A stretch of DNA of 19,613 nucleotides from Myxococcota bacterium (GTDB taxonomy: Bacteria; Myxococcota_A; Polyangia; Polyangiales; Houyiibacteriaceae). This document shows, in pieces, positions 7,364 through 16,495 of this stretch. The stretch covers positions 1 through 19,613 of the forward strand of contig JBCCEA010000054.1 of assembly GCA_039030515.1 (NCBI GenBank). Direction: 5' to 3'. The notes under the pieces are model-generated. The model was given only the letters and a program-made list of their open reading frames with translations. It ran no database searches and was not told the origin of the DNA. The stretch's first letter is position 1, and each line of letters begins with the position of its first letter. A program made the position numbers and the translations under genes.

Positions 7364-8488
7364 ATGATCAAAGCCGTGTCACTCAAAGTCGATCAGGACC
7401 ACTCGCGTTTCCGATCCATCGTTCGGGGTCGAATCCGCCAAAACCTTCGGAAGTACATCTCGCAAGGAGAGCTGATTGGGAAGCAGGGGAAAGATTCGGT
7501 ATCCATACCGATTCCCCACATCGACATTCCCCGATTCCGCTTTTCGGACCGCCAACAGGGCGGCGTGGGGCATGGTGACGGGGAGCAGGGAGATCCCGTC
7601 GCGGGTTCGGGCGACGCTTCCGGTCAGGGTAGCGGAAAAGCAGGGCAGAACGCCGGGGAGCACATGCTCGAGGTCGATATCACGCTTGAAGAGCTCGCCG
7701 ATATCCTCGGTCAGGAGCTCGAGCTCCCGCACATCGAACCGAGAGGCAAGAACTCGATCATCGAGAAGAAAGATCGATATGTCGGCATACGCAACGTAGG
7801 TCCCAACTCGCTGCGACACTTCAAACGCACCTTCCGTCATGCACTACGCAGGCAGATATCGATGGGGTCATACAATCCAGAGCGGCCGGTGATCATCCCG
7901 ACTCGGGACGACATGCGCTATAAATCGTGGAAAACCGAGGAGGAGCCGGTCGCGAATGCGGTCATCGTCTACATGATGGACGTATCTGGCTCGATGGGGG
8001 ACGAGCAAAAAGAGATCGTCCGCATCGAGTCCTTTTGGATCGATGCCTGGCTCAGCCGTAATTACAAAGGCATCGAAAACCGGTTCATCATTCACGACGC
8101 CGTCGCACGCGAAGTCGATCGGGATACGTTTTTTAGTACGAGAGAGTCTGGGGGGACGATGATCTCAAGCGCATACAAACTGTGCGCGCAAATACTCGAA
8201 AGCGACTACCCGCCGAATGAATGGAACATATACCCATTTCACTTTTCTGATGGGGACAACTGGAGTGTCGACGACACCCTACAGTGCGTGGAGATACTCA
8301 AAAACCAACTTCTGCCTATCTCCAATATGTTCTGTTACGGCCAAGTAGAGAGTCCTTACGGCTCTGGACAGTTCATCAAAGATCTTCGAGAACACTTCAA
8401 AGAAGATCTATCGCTTATCACGAGTGAGGTTCGGGATCGCGACGCGATCGTCGGTTCGATTCGGGATTTTCTTGGAAAAGGGAAATAG
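7364..8488 (+). CDS. yhbH: YeaH/YhbH family (DUF444, UPF0229) vWA-like protein
   Basis: [21 protein letters not shown], Gly-rich [17 protein letters not shown]-like [19 protein letters not shown] and [14 protein letters not shown]. Directly upstream of spoVR. Alternative start GTG 7376. Confidence 0.93.
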   Translation: MIKAVSLKVDQDHSRFRSIVRGRIRQNLRKYISQGELIGKQGKDSVSIPIPHIDIPRFRFSDRQQGGVGHGDGEQGDPVAGSGDASGQGSGKAGQNAGEHMLEVDITLEELADILGQELELPHIEPRGKNSIIEKKDRYVGIRNVGPNSLRHFKRTFRHALRRQISMGSYNPERPVIIPTRDDMRYKSWKTEEEPVANAVIVYMMDVSGSMGDEQKEIVRIESFWIDAWLSRNYKGIENRFIIHDAVAREVDRDTFFSTRESGGTMISSAYKLCAQILESDYPPNEWNIYPFHFSDGDNWSVDDTLQCVEILKNQLLPISNMFCYGQVESPYGSGQFIKDLREHFKEDLSLITSEVRDRDAIVGSIRDFLGKGK

Positions 8489-8501
8489 GAGTAGACGCGA
8501 A

Positions 8502-10043
8502 ATGGCTCAATTTGCCCTAAAAACACAGATTCCAGAATCTCTCCGCTCCGAGCAAAAACGAATAGAAGCGTTCGCGGAGAAGTATGGATTGGATTTCTTC
8601 CCAATCATTTACGAAATCTTGCCCTACAACCAGATGAACGAGGTCGCCGCCTACGGAGGGTTTCCCACCCGGTACCCACATTGGCGTTTCGGTATGGAGT
8701 TCGAGAGGCTCAGCAAAAGTCATGAATATGGCCTTGCCAAGATTTATGAGATGGTGATTAACAACAACCCATCGATCGCCTACCTCCTCGAAGGAAACAG
8801 TCTTGTCGATCAAAAGCTGGTGATGACCCACGTCACCGGCCACGTAGACTTCTTCAAGAATAACTTCGCTTTTCGAGCGACCGACCAGGGGACAGATCCG
8901 AGAACAGGCGAGCCCATCCGAAAATGGATCGATACGATGGCCAATCACGGGGCGATCGTGAGGCGCTGGGCCAATCGGATTGGCATTGAAAAAGTGGAGT
9001 CCTTCATCGACTCGTGTCTCTGCCTCGAAAATTTGATAAGTCCGCAGCTTCCTTTTCAGCCCAAAGTCTCAAAATCCAGTTCGGAACATGAAGACGACGA
9101 ACCGGAGCGCCCTGCCCTGTCCCTACTCCCAGTCGAAAAGGACTACATGGAGTCCTTCATCAATCCAGAAGAGTTCGTCGAAGCACAAAGACAAAAGCTC
9201 GCGGAAAAACGGGAGATGACCAAACGATTTCCTGAAGATCCTGAAAGAGACATTTTGGGGTTCCTCGTGGAACATGCCCCGCTGGAACGTTGGGAGCGGG
9301 ATATTCTAAGCATCATCCGGCGGGAGGCTTATTACTTTTGGCCTCAAATGCAGACCAAGATCATGAACGAAGGATGGGCCACCTACTGGCACAGTCGCAT
9401 GATGACGGAGAAGGTCTGCGATGGATCCGAAGTGATCGACTATGCAGAGCGCTGCGCCGGTGTCCTCGCCACTGCACCTGGACAGCTCAATCCATACAAG
9501 CTCGGATTAGAACTCTATCGGCATATAGAAAAGCGCTGGGATCGCGGTCAGTTCGGCAAAGAATGGGAAGATTGCGACGATCTGGAGACAAGAAAAAATT
9601 GGGACCGAAGAACCGGTCTTGGACAAGAAAAGATATTCCAGATTCGGGCGCTCTATAACGACGTTACCTTTATCGACGAGTTCCTGACTCCGGATTTTGT
9701 GGCCGATCAAAAGCTCTATTCCTTTGGGTACAATGCGCGAAACGATCGATGGGAAATCGAAAGCCGGAAGTTCGAAAAAGTAAAGGAGCAGCTGCTCTTT
9801 TCGCTCACCAATGCCGGAAACCCCTTTATCGCGGTAGAGGACGCCAATCATCAGAATCGAGGCGAGCTCCTCGTCACCCATAGCCACCAAGGCGTGGACC
9901 TGCGCGTCGACTGGGCGCGCGAGGTGCTTCAGGCGCTGGAGCGGGTCTGGAAGCGACCTATCGAGCTGCACACAACCCTGGAAGGCAAAGGGGCTCTGCT
10001 GCGATTCGATGGAGAAGAGCACGCCATGCGTCCTCGCAAGTAG
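8502..10043 (+). CDS. spoVR: SpoVR/YcgB family protein
   Basis: [69 protein letters not shown] and LNPYKLG. ATG 8502 follows AGGAG at 8487-8491. Confidence 0.96.
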   Translation: MAQFALKTQIPESLRSEQKRIEAFAEKYGLDFFPIIYEILPYNQMNEVAAYGGFPTRYPHWRFGMEFERLSKSHEYGLAKIYEMVINNNPSIAYLLEGNSLVDQKLVMTHVTGHVDFFKNNFAFRATDQGTDPRTGEPIRKWIDTMANHGAIVRRWANRIGIEKVESFIDSCLCLENLISPQLPFQPKVSKSSSEHEDDEPERPALSLLPVEKDYMESFINPEEFVEAQRQKLAEKREMTKRFPEDPERDILGFLVEHAPLERWERDILSIIRREAYYFWPQMQTKIMNEGWATYWHSRMMTEKVCDGSEVIDYAERCAGVLATAPGQLNPYKLGLELYRHIEKRWDRGQFGKEWEDCDDLETRKNWDRRTGLGQEKIFQIRALYNDVTFIDEFLTPDFVADQKLYSFGYNARNDRWEIESRKFEKVKEQLLFSLTNAGNPFIAVEDANHQNRGELLVTHSHQGVDLRVDWAREVLQALERVWKRPIELHTTLEGKGALLRFDGEEHAMRPRK

Positions 10044-10092
10044 ACTGCCCGCCCTCGCAAGCAGACGACACGCCCCCCGCAGGTACCCGGAT
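10029..10092. repeat. 21-bp degenerate tandem repeat, about 3 copies, spanning the spoVR stop codon
   Basis: CGTCCTCGCAAGTAGACTGCC / CGCCCTCGCAAGCAGACGACA / CGCCCCCCGCAGGTACC... Confidence 0.7.
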
Positions 10093-10114
10093 CTGCCTCC
10101 GCCAGCAAACCCAA

Positions 10115-10219
10115 GCGAGGCGTGCGTTATGCCTGTGCGCTCAGGGCGAGGCGAGGCACGCTTTATCGCTGTGCGCTCGGGGCGAGGCGAGGCACGCTTT
10201 ATCGCTGTGCGCTCAGGGC
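10115..10219. repeat. 36-bp tandem repeat, about 3 copies, spanning the stop codon of the TPR gene
   Basis: TTAT(CG/GC)CTGTGCGCTC(A/G)GGGCGAGGCGAGGCACGCT units start at 10127, 10163 and 10199 (last copy partial). Confidence 0.92.
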
Positions 10220-10861
10220 AAAAAAGGTACTCCCATCCGTACCCTGACTGGGATCCGCCGTGGTTGAATCTTGGGTGAGCACGATCGCCGTGACCACAGA
10301 CGCCGCCAGTACCGCGCCTCCAATTCCAACCCAAAACCAGGGGTTTCGCACCACCGACCGACGCGCTTGTTCCTGCGGTGCTGTATCGATATCGGGCGCA
10401 GTTTCGTCAAAGGCAGACAGCTGCGCTCGGCGAACCGCTTCATCTAGGAGCGCTTCATCCCGCGCCTGATTCTCGGTAAGAATGCGTATCCGAGTTTCAA
10501 CCGAAGCCGCCGCGGGGGCGTCGGGTACCTTTTCAAGATACTGTTGATAGTGTTGCAGAGCCGCATCGTCCAAACGCAGTCGATCCTCAACTAAAGCGAT
10601 ATTGTAAAGTAGTTCGTCGCGATCACTCAGTTCGTACGCTCGATTAAAATGGGTGAGTGCTACGGTGAACTGACCTGATGCATAGGCCTCTCTTCCTAGA
10701 GAAAACTCCTCTCGCGCTTCGGCATCTACTGCGGACGTATCCGCATTGTTTTGCTGTGCTTCGACATGGACCGGAACTGCACTGATCAAAAAAACGATCG
10801 GCAGTGCAACATACGTCGGTAACGTGATCCGAAAACAGAGAATCGATGGCATAGTCGCCAC
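10199..10861 (-). CDS. Exported TPR protein with a C-terminal membrane segment
   Basis: Signal peptide ending VEA-Q, TPR helices (AREEFSLGREAYASGQFTVALTHFNRAYEL..LLYNIA..AALQHYQQYLE) and C-terminal NPWFWVGIGGAVLAASVVTAIVL. Confidence 0.85.
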   Translation of the reverse strand: MATMPSILCFRITLPTYVALPIVFLISAVPVHVEAQQNNADTSAVDAEAREEFSLGREAYASGQFTVALTHFNRAYELSDRDELLYNIALVEDRLRLDDAALQHYQQYLEKVPDAPAAASVETRIRILTENQARDEALLDEAVRRAQLSAFDETAPDIDTAPQEQARRSVVRNPWFWVGIGGAVLAASVVTAIVLTQDSTTADPSQGTDGSTFFALSAQR

Positions 10862-10916
10862 TATGGTAGGTCACAAAAGCACGCTCATTCAACGGGTGAA
10901 TGGAGTCCGCAAAGTG

Positions 10917-12944
10917 ATGGGTTCGATCTTTCGATTCTATTCATTGGGATTGGGAGTCCTCATCGTCGGACTGACCCTAACTGGTTGTGCTGGAGAAGAT
11001 CCTGCGACCGATGCGATCGTCACTATCGACGCTACCGATACGGTTGCAGCGGAAATTGAATCACTCGTGATTAGGGTTCAGGGAGCACCCAATGCTTTGG
11101 CCCCTCTCGAGCCCCCTACAGAACGTACTTTTACAAGAGAATACGACACCTTATTCCCGCGCGAGGTAGCGATTGCACCCTTTGATAAAGATGCTGCGCG
11201 GATCTTTAGATTGCAGGTCACTGGGCTGGACACACTTGAACGAACCGTCATCGAATCGACTCTAGTGTCTGGATATGTATCGGGAAAAACCGTCCGCTTT
11301 CATGTGCTGCTCCATAATTCATGTCGTGGACTGAGCTGTAACGAAAACGAAACGTGCGCCCGTGGAATTTGCCAAAGCGCTGAAGTCAACCCTTTAGAAG
11401 GATTGATCGATACGCCTCAGCCAGTGACATTGGATCCCGAACTACCCACAGAGTGCAGTTCGGATCCCGACTGCGACGATAGCCAAGTCTGTAACGGAAC
11501 CGAGCGATGCGTGGAAGGAGCGTGTCAGATCGGCTCGATACTCCGCTGCAGCGACGGGATCGAATGCACTGAAGACATCTGCACCGCAAATGGCTGCACG
11601 GCCGAGCCAAACGACAGTCGATGCACCCTGGAGAGCGGCGGCACCTGCACCGAAGATGGGTGCCAATACGCCGACTGCAACGAGACGACCTGTGTTTCAG
11701 ATGGCTGCTTCGATGCGGTTTGCGAGGGAAACAAATGCGTTCGTACGAGTTTGTGCGGTGAGACAGAGATGTGCTGTGGAGGAGCATGCGTCCCTCTGGA
11801 TTGCGACGACAACAACCCGTGCACCTTCGATACCTGCTTTGAGGGGAGCTGCCAGAACCAGGCGAAAACCGGTGACGCTTGCAACGACGGCAACGCATGT
11901 ACGTCCGAAGACACCTGCCTGCAGGGCATATGTCGCGGGGAGGGCACCGTCTCTTGCGGAACAAGCGCCAACCCCTGCGTGGCGGTGACCTGTCAACCCG
12001 AGTCGGGCTGCGTTGAGGTGTTTGTCGAAGACGGGACTTCGTGTGCAGACGCCGATCTCTGCAGCGGAGCTGAAGTCTGCAGTGACGGAGAATGTATCGA
12101 GGGGGCGCCGGTGGCCTGCGACGACGGGATCGCCTGCACCAGCGACTCATGCGATCCGAACACGGGAGGGTGCGTCTCCACCGCAGACGACGCCGCGTGC
12201 ACCGCCGAAGCGAACGGAAGCTGCGATCCGGACAACGGCTGTCAGTACCCCCTGTGCAACGCCACCAACTGCGCCGACGATACCGGTAGCTGCACGGTGG
12301 CTTCCTGCGCGGGCGATCAATGTGTTCGAACGAGCCTCTGTAGCGACAGCGAAACCTGCTGCGGAGGCGAATGTGTGTCTCTCGGATGTGATGACGGCAA
12401 TCCGTGTACCAGCGACAGCTGCACCTCAACTGGTTGCGCTCATATCCCAGACAGTGGTGCTGCTTGTTCAGACAACAATGCATGCACGGTGAACGATCGC
12501 TGCGAAAACGGCCTCTGCGTGGCCGGTGCCAGTCGGTTCTGTGTCGATACCAACGACTGTACCCAGGACTCATGCGATCCAAACAGCGGCTGCACCTTTA
12601 GCCTTGTCGACGGACCACTCTGCGAGGATGGAAACGCCTGCACTTTTGCCGATCGCTGCGTCGAGGGCACGTGTGTTGGAGGCGCTCCGGTGGCGTGTGG
12701 AATCTCGACCAGTGAGTGCGTGGCAACGTCCTGCGATCCTGTGCAAGGCTGCGTGGAAACTCCGGTTGTCGACGGAACGGCCTGCGGAAGTGACACCCTC
12801 AATCAGGAGTGCGTCGGGTTTTTCTGCAAAGACGGGATCTGCGGACAGGTCGCGGCCGACGACGGGACCCGGTGCACGGGACCGAACCCTCTATGCATTT
12901 ACCGGTGCTGGAGTGGATTCTGTCAGGAAGCTTTCTGCTTCTGA
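10917..12944 (+). CDS. Cys-rich repeat surface lipoprotein (CDDxNxCTxDxC repeats)
   Basis: ATG 10917 after GGAG, lipobox LTLTG-C, a Cys-free N-terminal domain of about 110 aa, then many C-[DN]-D-G-N-x-C-T-x-D-x-C motifs resembling Dictyostelium CTDC-type and myxobacterial Cys-rich repeats. Confidence 0.85.
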   Translation: MGSIFRFYSLGLGVLIVGLTLTGCAGEDPATDAIVTIDATDTVAAEIESLVIRVQGAPNALAPLEPPTERTFTREYDTLFPREVAIAPFDKDAARIFRLQVTGLDTLERTVIESTLVSGYVSGKTVRFHVLLHNSCRGLSCNENETCARGICQSAEVNPLEGLIDTPQPVTLDPELPTECSSDPDCDDSQVCNGTERCVEGACQIGSILRCSDGIECTEDICTANGCTAEPNDSRCTLESGGTCTEDGCQYADCNETTCVSDGCFDAVCEGNKCVRTSLCGETEMCCGGACVPLDCDDNNPCTFDTCFEGSCQNQAKTGDACNDGNACTSEDTCLQGICRGEGTVSCGTSANPCVAVTCQPESGCVEVFVEDGTSCADADLCSGAEVCSDGECIEGAPVACDDGIACTSDSCDPNTGGCVSTADDAACTAEANGSCDPDNGCQYPLCNATNCADDTGSCTVASCAGDQCVRTSLCSDSETCCGGECVSLGCDDGNPCTSDSCTSTGCAHIPDSGAACSDNNACTVNDRCENGLCVAGASRFCVDTNDCTQDSCDPNSGCTFSLVDGPLCEDGNACTFADRCVEGTCVGGAPVACGISTSECVATSCDPVQGCVETPVVDGTACGSDTLNQECVGFFCKDGICGQVAADDGTRCTGPNPLCIYRCWSGFCQEAFCF

Positions 12945-12970
12945 TCAAGCGCAACAGGCAGTTCGAGACG

Positions 12971-14114
12971 TCAACTTTGGTGGCACGAAATACAGAATAC
13001 CCGTCCATCGTCTGTGGCATACGCGATCTGACCAGTTTCAGTCCAAACCCCCGGGGAGAGTGCTACGACGGTTATGGGCTTTGGGGTAAGCACCGTACGA
13101 GAAAAGTATCCACCTTGGATGCCAGACCAACAGTCAGAGCGAAGGCAAATACGGTGGGGCGATACGGACGCATAAACGTTACTTCCGGGGTGAAATTTCA
13201 ATTGGCTCACGGGTGCTTCGTGACTGGACGAAGTCCAGCAGTGACGACGATCAAAAGTTCGATACGTGACTTTTGTATCTTTCTGAAACCTGTCCGTAGC
13301 CGAGCTGCCGACTTTCGATTGGTTTACGTAGATAGAACCGTATCCGTTGGAATTATATAGGCGAGATGCGGGAACTCTACGCGCCCAGAGTTTCCAGAGG
13401 CGATGTATATCGTACCCGTAGCGATCGCCGCTGTGTGCCTCAGGCTCTAAAACAACGACTCCGTCATTAAAAGAGGCATAAACACGTTCAACCGTGTCCA
13501 GAGCGAATAATTTCTCTTGACCGGAAGAACAAAAGGCAAGCGAAGAGACTGTCCTTCCTGCTGTAGAGTCAGCAGACTCTGGTGACCGTCTAAATTCAGA
13601 TCGAAGATCGCCTTCTTTGTTATAAGCGCGAACCGTCCCGTTAGTGTCTGCGGTGGCGATTCGTTCCCCGTCATTCGACACGGCAACATGCGTGATATCT
13701 ACTGCATCCACTGTCCGAAACGAAGCGTGCTCTGTGTCTTTTAAGCTTTTGACTATAATTCGACCTCCGCGAGCGAAAATCAGGTACCCGCTCTGAGATG
13801 AAAAGGACAGCGCGGTTACCGCTGTATCTACATAGCTTAGGATTTGTCGCATAATTGCCGGGATGTCATCGACGACGGGCAGACCACCGATGCAAGCGGG
13901 GGATAGTGTTTCGCTTATGCAACCGAAGGTTGTGTTTTGTCTGACGGCGCCAGCGGCCAGGTCTAAGTGGTTGCATTGGCCTCCATCGCGCAACAGCACC
14001 AAGCCGAGTTCCAATATACAAAGCATCATCGATTGGACTAAACGCCAGGGCGCTTACCGCATTGGCGCATTGGCGCAGCCAACTAAGCTGCACTTCCGTG
14101 CCTTCGCACCTCAC
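12971..14114 (-). pseudogene. Divergent WD40-repeat protein split by a frameshift (13866..14114 plus 12971..14029)
   Basis: The first repeat NAVSALAFSPIDDALYIGTRLGAVARW is in the 14114 frame. The others (AVTALSFSS, ITHVAVSNDGERIATADTNGTVRAY, VSSLAFCS, HEAPVSQLKFHP, ITVVALSP..IAYATDDGRV) are in the 14029 frame. Confidence 0.68.
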
Positions 14115-14334
14115 TCAAACACCTTAGAGAGTCAGATAGCGTAGCTTCTGCGACTATCGCGTACCAAGGAGCTCTCGGAGCGTGGCGGGGTACGATTCAT
14201 ATGCATGTGCATGGAGGTCGATCATGCACAAGTGTTATCACTAGGTTATTGAGAAACAAGGCAGCGATTGAGTGAGGCTTTGCCATCGCACCAGAATCCT
14301 GACGCTGTCTAGTTCAAGCGACTCGTCACCCGAC

Positions 14335-14370
14335 GTTGTAGGGAGATGCCGGGTTCTAAGGGGATGCCGG
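14335..14370. repeat. 18-bp duplication spanning the lipoprotein stop codon
   Basis: GTTGTAGGGAGATGCCGG / GTTCTAAGGGGATGCCGG (15/18 identical). The minus strand reads PASP*N-PASPYN. Confidence 0.6.
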
Positions 14371-14730
14371 ATCGTCTGAGGAGCCCCCGCAGTAGAGACT
14401 CGCTTCACATCGGCGCTGAGCTTGAGTCACGAAATCTGGTGGGTCACCCGCGTCCGAAGCCTTGAATGTCGCATCGGCCTCTTCATCCGCCGCATCCGCT
14501 TGGGCCGCGTCCGATACTTCGGCATCCGCCGCATCGGTTTGGGCCGCGTCCGATACTTCGGCATCCGCTTGGGCCGCGTCCGAGGAAGCACTGATTTCAT
14601 CCGACAAAAGTGTGCTCCCATCGGAACCAGCGCATCCGGTCACGCCGATCACCAAGTGGATCGTCAGGTAGGTCGTGGAGCTCCTTGCTCCGAAGCTTGC
14701 GAGGACGGGTGCGACTTGAGATGTGACCAT
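14356..14730 (-). CDS. Small putative lipoprotein with acidic SDAAQ(A/T)DA repeats
   Basis: Lipobox VIGVTG-C, three SDAAQxDA units (about 14484-14583) and a short 2-Cys C-terminus. AT-rich upstream region. Confidence 0.6.
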   Translation of the reverse strand: MVTSQVAPVLASFGARSSTTYLTIHLVIGVTGCAGSDGSTLLSDEISASSDAAQADAEVSDAAQTDAADAEVSDAAQADAADEEADATFKASDAGDPPDFVTQAQRRCEASLYCGGSSDDPASP

Positions 14731-14838
14731 AAGGATATTATTGCCGGATTATTTTCCCATGCATTAAAAAAATATGATCCTATCGCAATAATCTGCATGG
14801 GATGACGGGCCGTGTTCTCTGAAGCTGCCCGCCTCACC

Positions 14839-16425
14839 TCAGTTCGCTCGTTGGGGAGCGAGGGCCTCACGGCAGCGTAACCAGCGTGGATCCGCCAGAA
14901 GACATGCTTTGCGTGCATCGCGCGCCCCCTCAGGATCGACGGGTTCGAGGGCGGTGGCGAGGAGCTCTAGATAGCGAGGCCGATCCTGCACGCGACCCGT
15001 TTCAAGCCAGGACCGAGCCGCTTGCTCGGCTGCCTGAAGTGCGCCCGTTTGAATCAGGGCGTATCCCAGGGCGTAGCGGTATTTGGGTTCGTACGGCTGC
15101 AGATCGATCGCCCGTCTTAGGTAGGGCAGAGCCTCCTCCGGATGCCGATGCGTCAGCAGGCTCATGCCGAGAAAAGCGTAACCAAAGGCTTGCCCGGGGG
15201 TCGCTTCGATCGCCGCCGTATAGTAGGCGCCGTCGTCGCGAAAACTGTATGCACTCGCGTGCAGCAGGAACGCATTCAGGCCCAAGTAGGCCATCAAAAC
15301 GATCCTCGCGATCCTCGTTCGGTATAGCTCTTTGAACCGTGCGATCTGCGTCCCGATCTGGAGGCCGGCCGAAATGATGCCGATGCTGAGCATCGCAAAC
15401 GGAATATAGAGATAGCGCCCAAAACCCGGCCAAACCATCGTGGGGATGAGCGCGGCTGGCGCTAGCGTAGCCGCAAAAAAGAGCACGCCAAAGGCCGCCA
15501 CCGGCTCTCTTTTGCGCTGCCACCAAACCAGGGTGAGTCCCAAAAGAGCGAGGGCGAGCGCCAGCCACCGCAGGCTATAGGAGACTGCATCGTAAGACTC
15601 AGAAAGCGATCGCGGATGCGGCGTTGATGGAATGAGGACCGCCGTCAATCCGTCCCAATAAAGAACGCCGAGGTAGCTCAAGGCATCCAACAACTGAGAG
15701 AGATCTCCGTGGGTTTTCAATCCTTGAAGCACCCAGCCTCGGAGCGCGAGATACAGACCTGCTGCAGCAAGCGGGGCCGCACAAAGGACGCATCGAGCCC
15801 GCAAGTTTTTATACTGCTTTTGTAGGGGCGGCCAAAGAGGAAGGATCGGGAGCGCCATGAGGGCGACTTCTTTTGAAAGAAGCGCTCCCAGGAACAAAAA
15901 CCCAGCCGCGAAGTGCCACCGAGCCGCTCGGTCTTGGCAAGCGCGATCCCAGGCCAGAAGTGCACCTGCAAGCAAAGCAAGGCACAGCGGGTCGGATCGT
16001 CCGTTGATCCAAAGATGGGCCTCTCCCAGCCAAGGCGAGTAGGAAAACGCGGCAGCAGGTATCCAGGCGTGGCGCTTGTTCGTATCGGAAAACAGCCGCC
16101 GCGCGACCGCGTACACCATTGCGGTATTGAGCGCGTGGAGCAACAGATTGGTGAGGTGGTATCCGAGCGGGTTTCGTCCGGTCACCACTGAATCAAGGGC
16201 AAACGTGGTCAGCGTCAGGGGCCGGTAGGTGTCGACGAGGAGAGGCTCGAGATGCCCGGCCGCCCACATCGTATTGTGCGCGAAAAAATTGGGCACATTG
16301 GAAAGCGAGTGCACCAAATCTGTCGTGACGAAAACGAAGAGGTCGTCGTAGATAAACTGATTGCCGAGCGAGGGCGCAAGCACCAGGGCGAGGACGCCCA
16401 AGGTTAGAAAAAGCGAGCGATGCAC
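14839..16425 (-). CDS. TMTC-like GT-C glycosyltransferase (putative protein O-mannosyltransferase) with C-terminal TPRs
   Basis: NQFIYDD (DD after TM1), YRPLT, GYHLTNLLLHALN, EAHLWINGRSD, ALLSKE and GRYLYIP motifs, multiple TM helices and terminal TPRs (EEALPYLRRAIDLQP). Confidence 0.85.
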   Translation of the reverse strand: MHRSLFLTLGVLALVLAPSLGNQFIYDDLFVFVTTDLVHSLSNVPNFFAHNTMWAAGHLEPLLVDTYRPLTLTTFALDSVVTGRNPLGYHLTNLLLHALNTAMVYAVARRLFSDTNKRHAWIPAAAFSYSPWLGEAHLWINGRSDPLCLALLAGALLAWDRACQDRAARWHFAAGFLFLGALLSKEVALMALPILPLWPPLQKQYKNLRARCVLCAAPLAAAGLYLALRGWVLQGLKTHGDLSQLLDALSYLGVLYWDGLTAVLIPSTPHPRSLSESYDAVSYSLRWLALALALLGLTLVWWQRKREPVAAFGVLFFAATLAPAALIPTMVWPGFGRYLYIPFAMLSIGIISAGLQIGTQIARFKELYRTRIARIVLMAYLGLNAFLLHASAYSFRDDGAYYTAAIEATPGQAFGYAFLGMSLLTHRHPEEALPYLRRAIDLQPYEPKYRYALGYALIQTGALQAAEQAARSWLETGRVQDRPRYLELLATALEPVDPEGARDARKACLLADPRWLRCREALAPQRAN

Positions 16426-16456
16426 GACCGAATTAGAACACGCTCCGAGGCTCTGC

Positions 16457-16488
16457 GAAACAACCCGCGCGTCGCAGAAACAACCCGC
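16457..16488. repeat. 12-bp direct repeat GAAACAACCCGC, 2 copies at 20-bp spacing
   Basis: Exact copies at 16457-16468 and 16477-16488 in the short intergenic gap. Confidence 0.7.
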
Positions 16489-16495
16489 TTCTTTG

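Noticed and set aside
8424..8501. Extended N-termini in the ORF track (8424 for spoVR; also 10746, 3436 and 4385)
   Set aside because: They overlap neighbouring genes or repeats. Downstream starts with an RBS or signal peptide fit better.
10115..10219. 36-bp repeats (and the 32-bp repeats at 4315-4410) as a CRISPR array
   Set aside because: The units are directly tandem with no unique spacers, the 36-bp unit copies a gene end, and no cas genes are present.
11386..12582. Long Arg-rich or antisense ORFs (11386..12582, 5344..6312, 9507..10334, 18350..19489)
   Set aside because: They overlap well-supported genes on the opposite strand, have no recognisable motifs, and are typical shadows in GC-rich DNA.
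14058..14077. 8-bp duplication as the lesion that truncated a longer upstream WD40 N-terminus
   Set aside because: Removing one unit joins a frame that meets a TGA about 11 codons upstream, so no longer ORF is restored.
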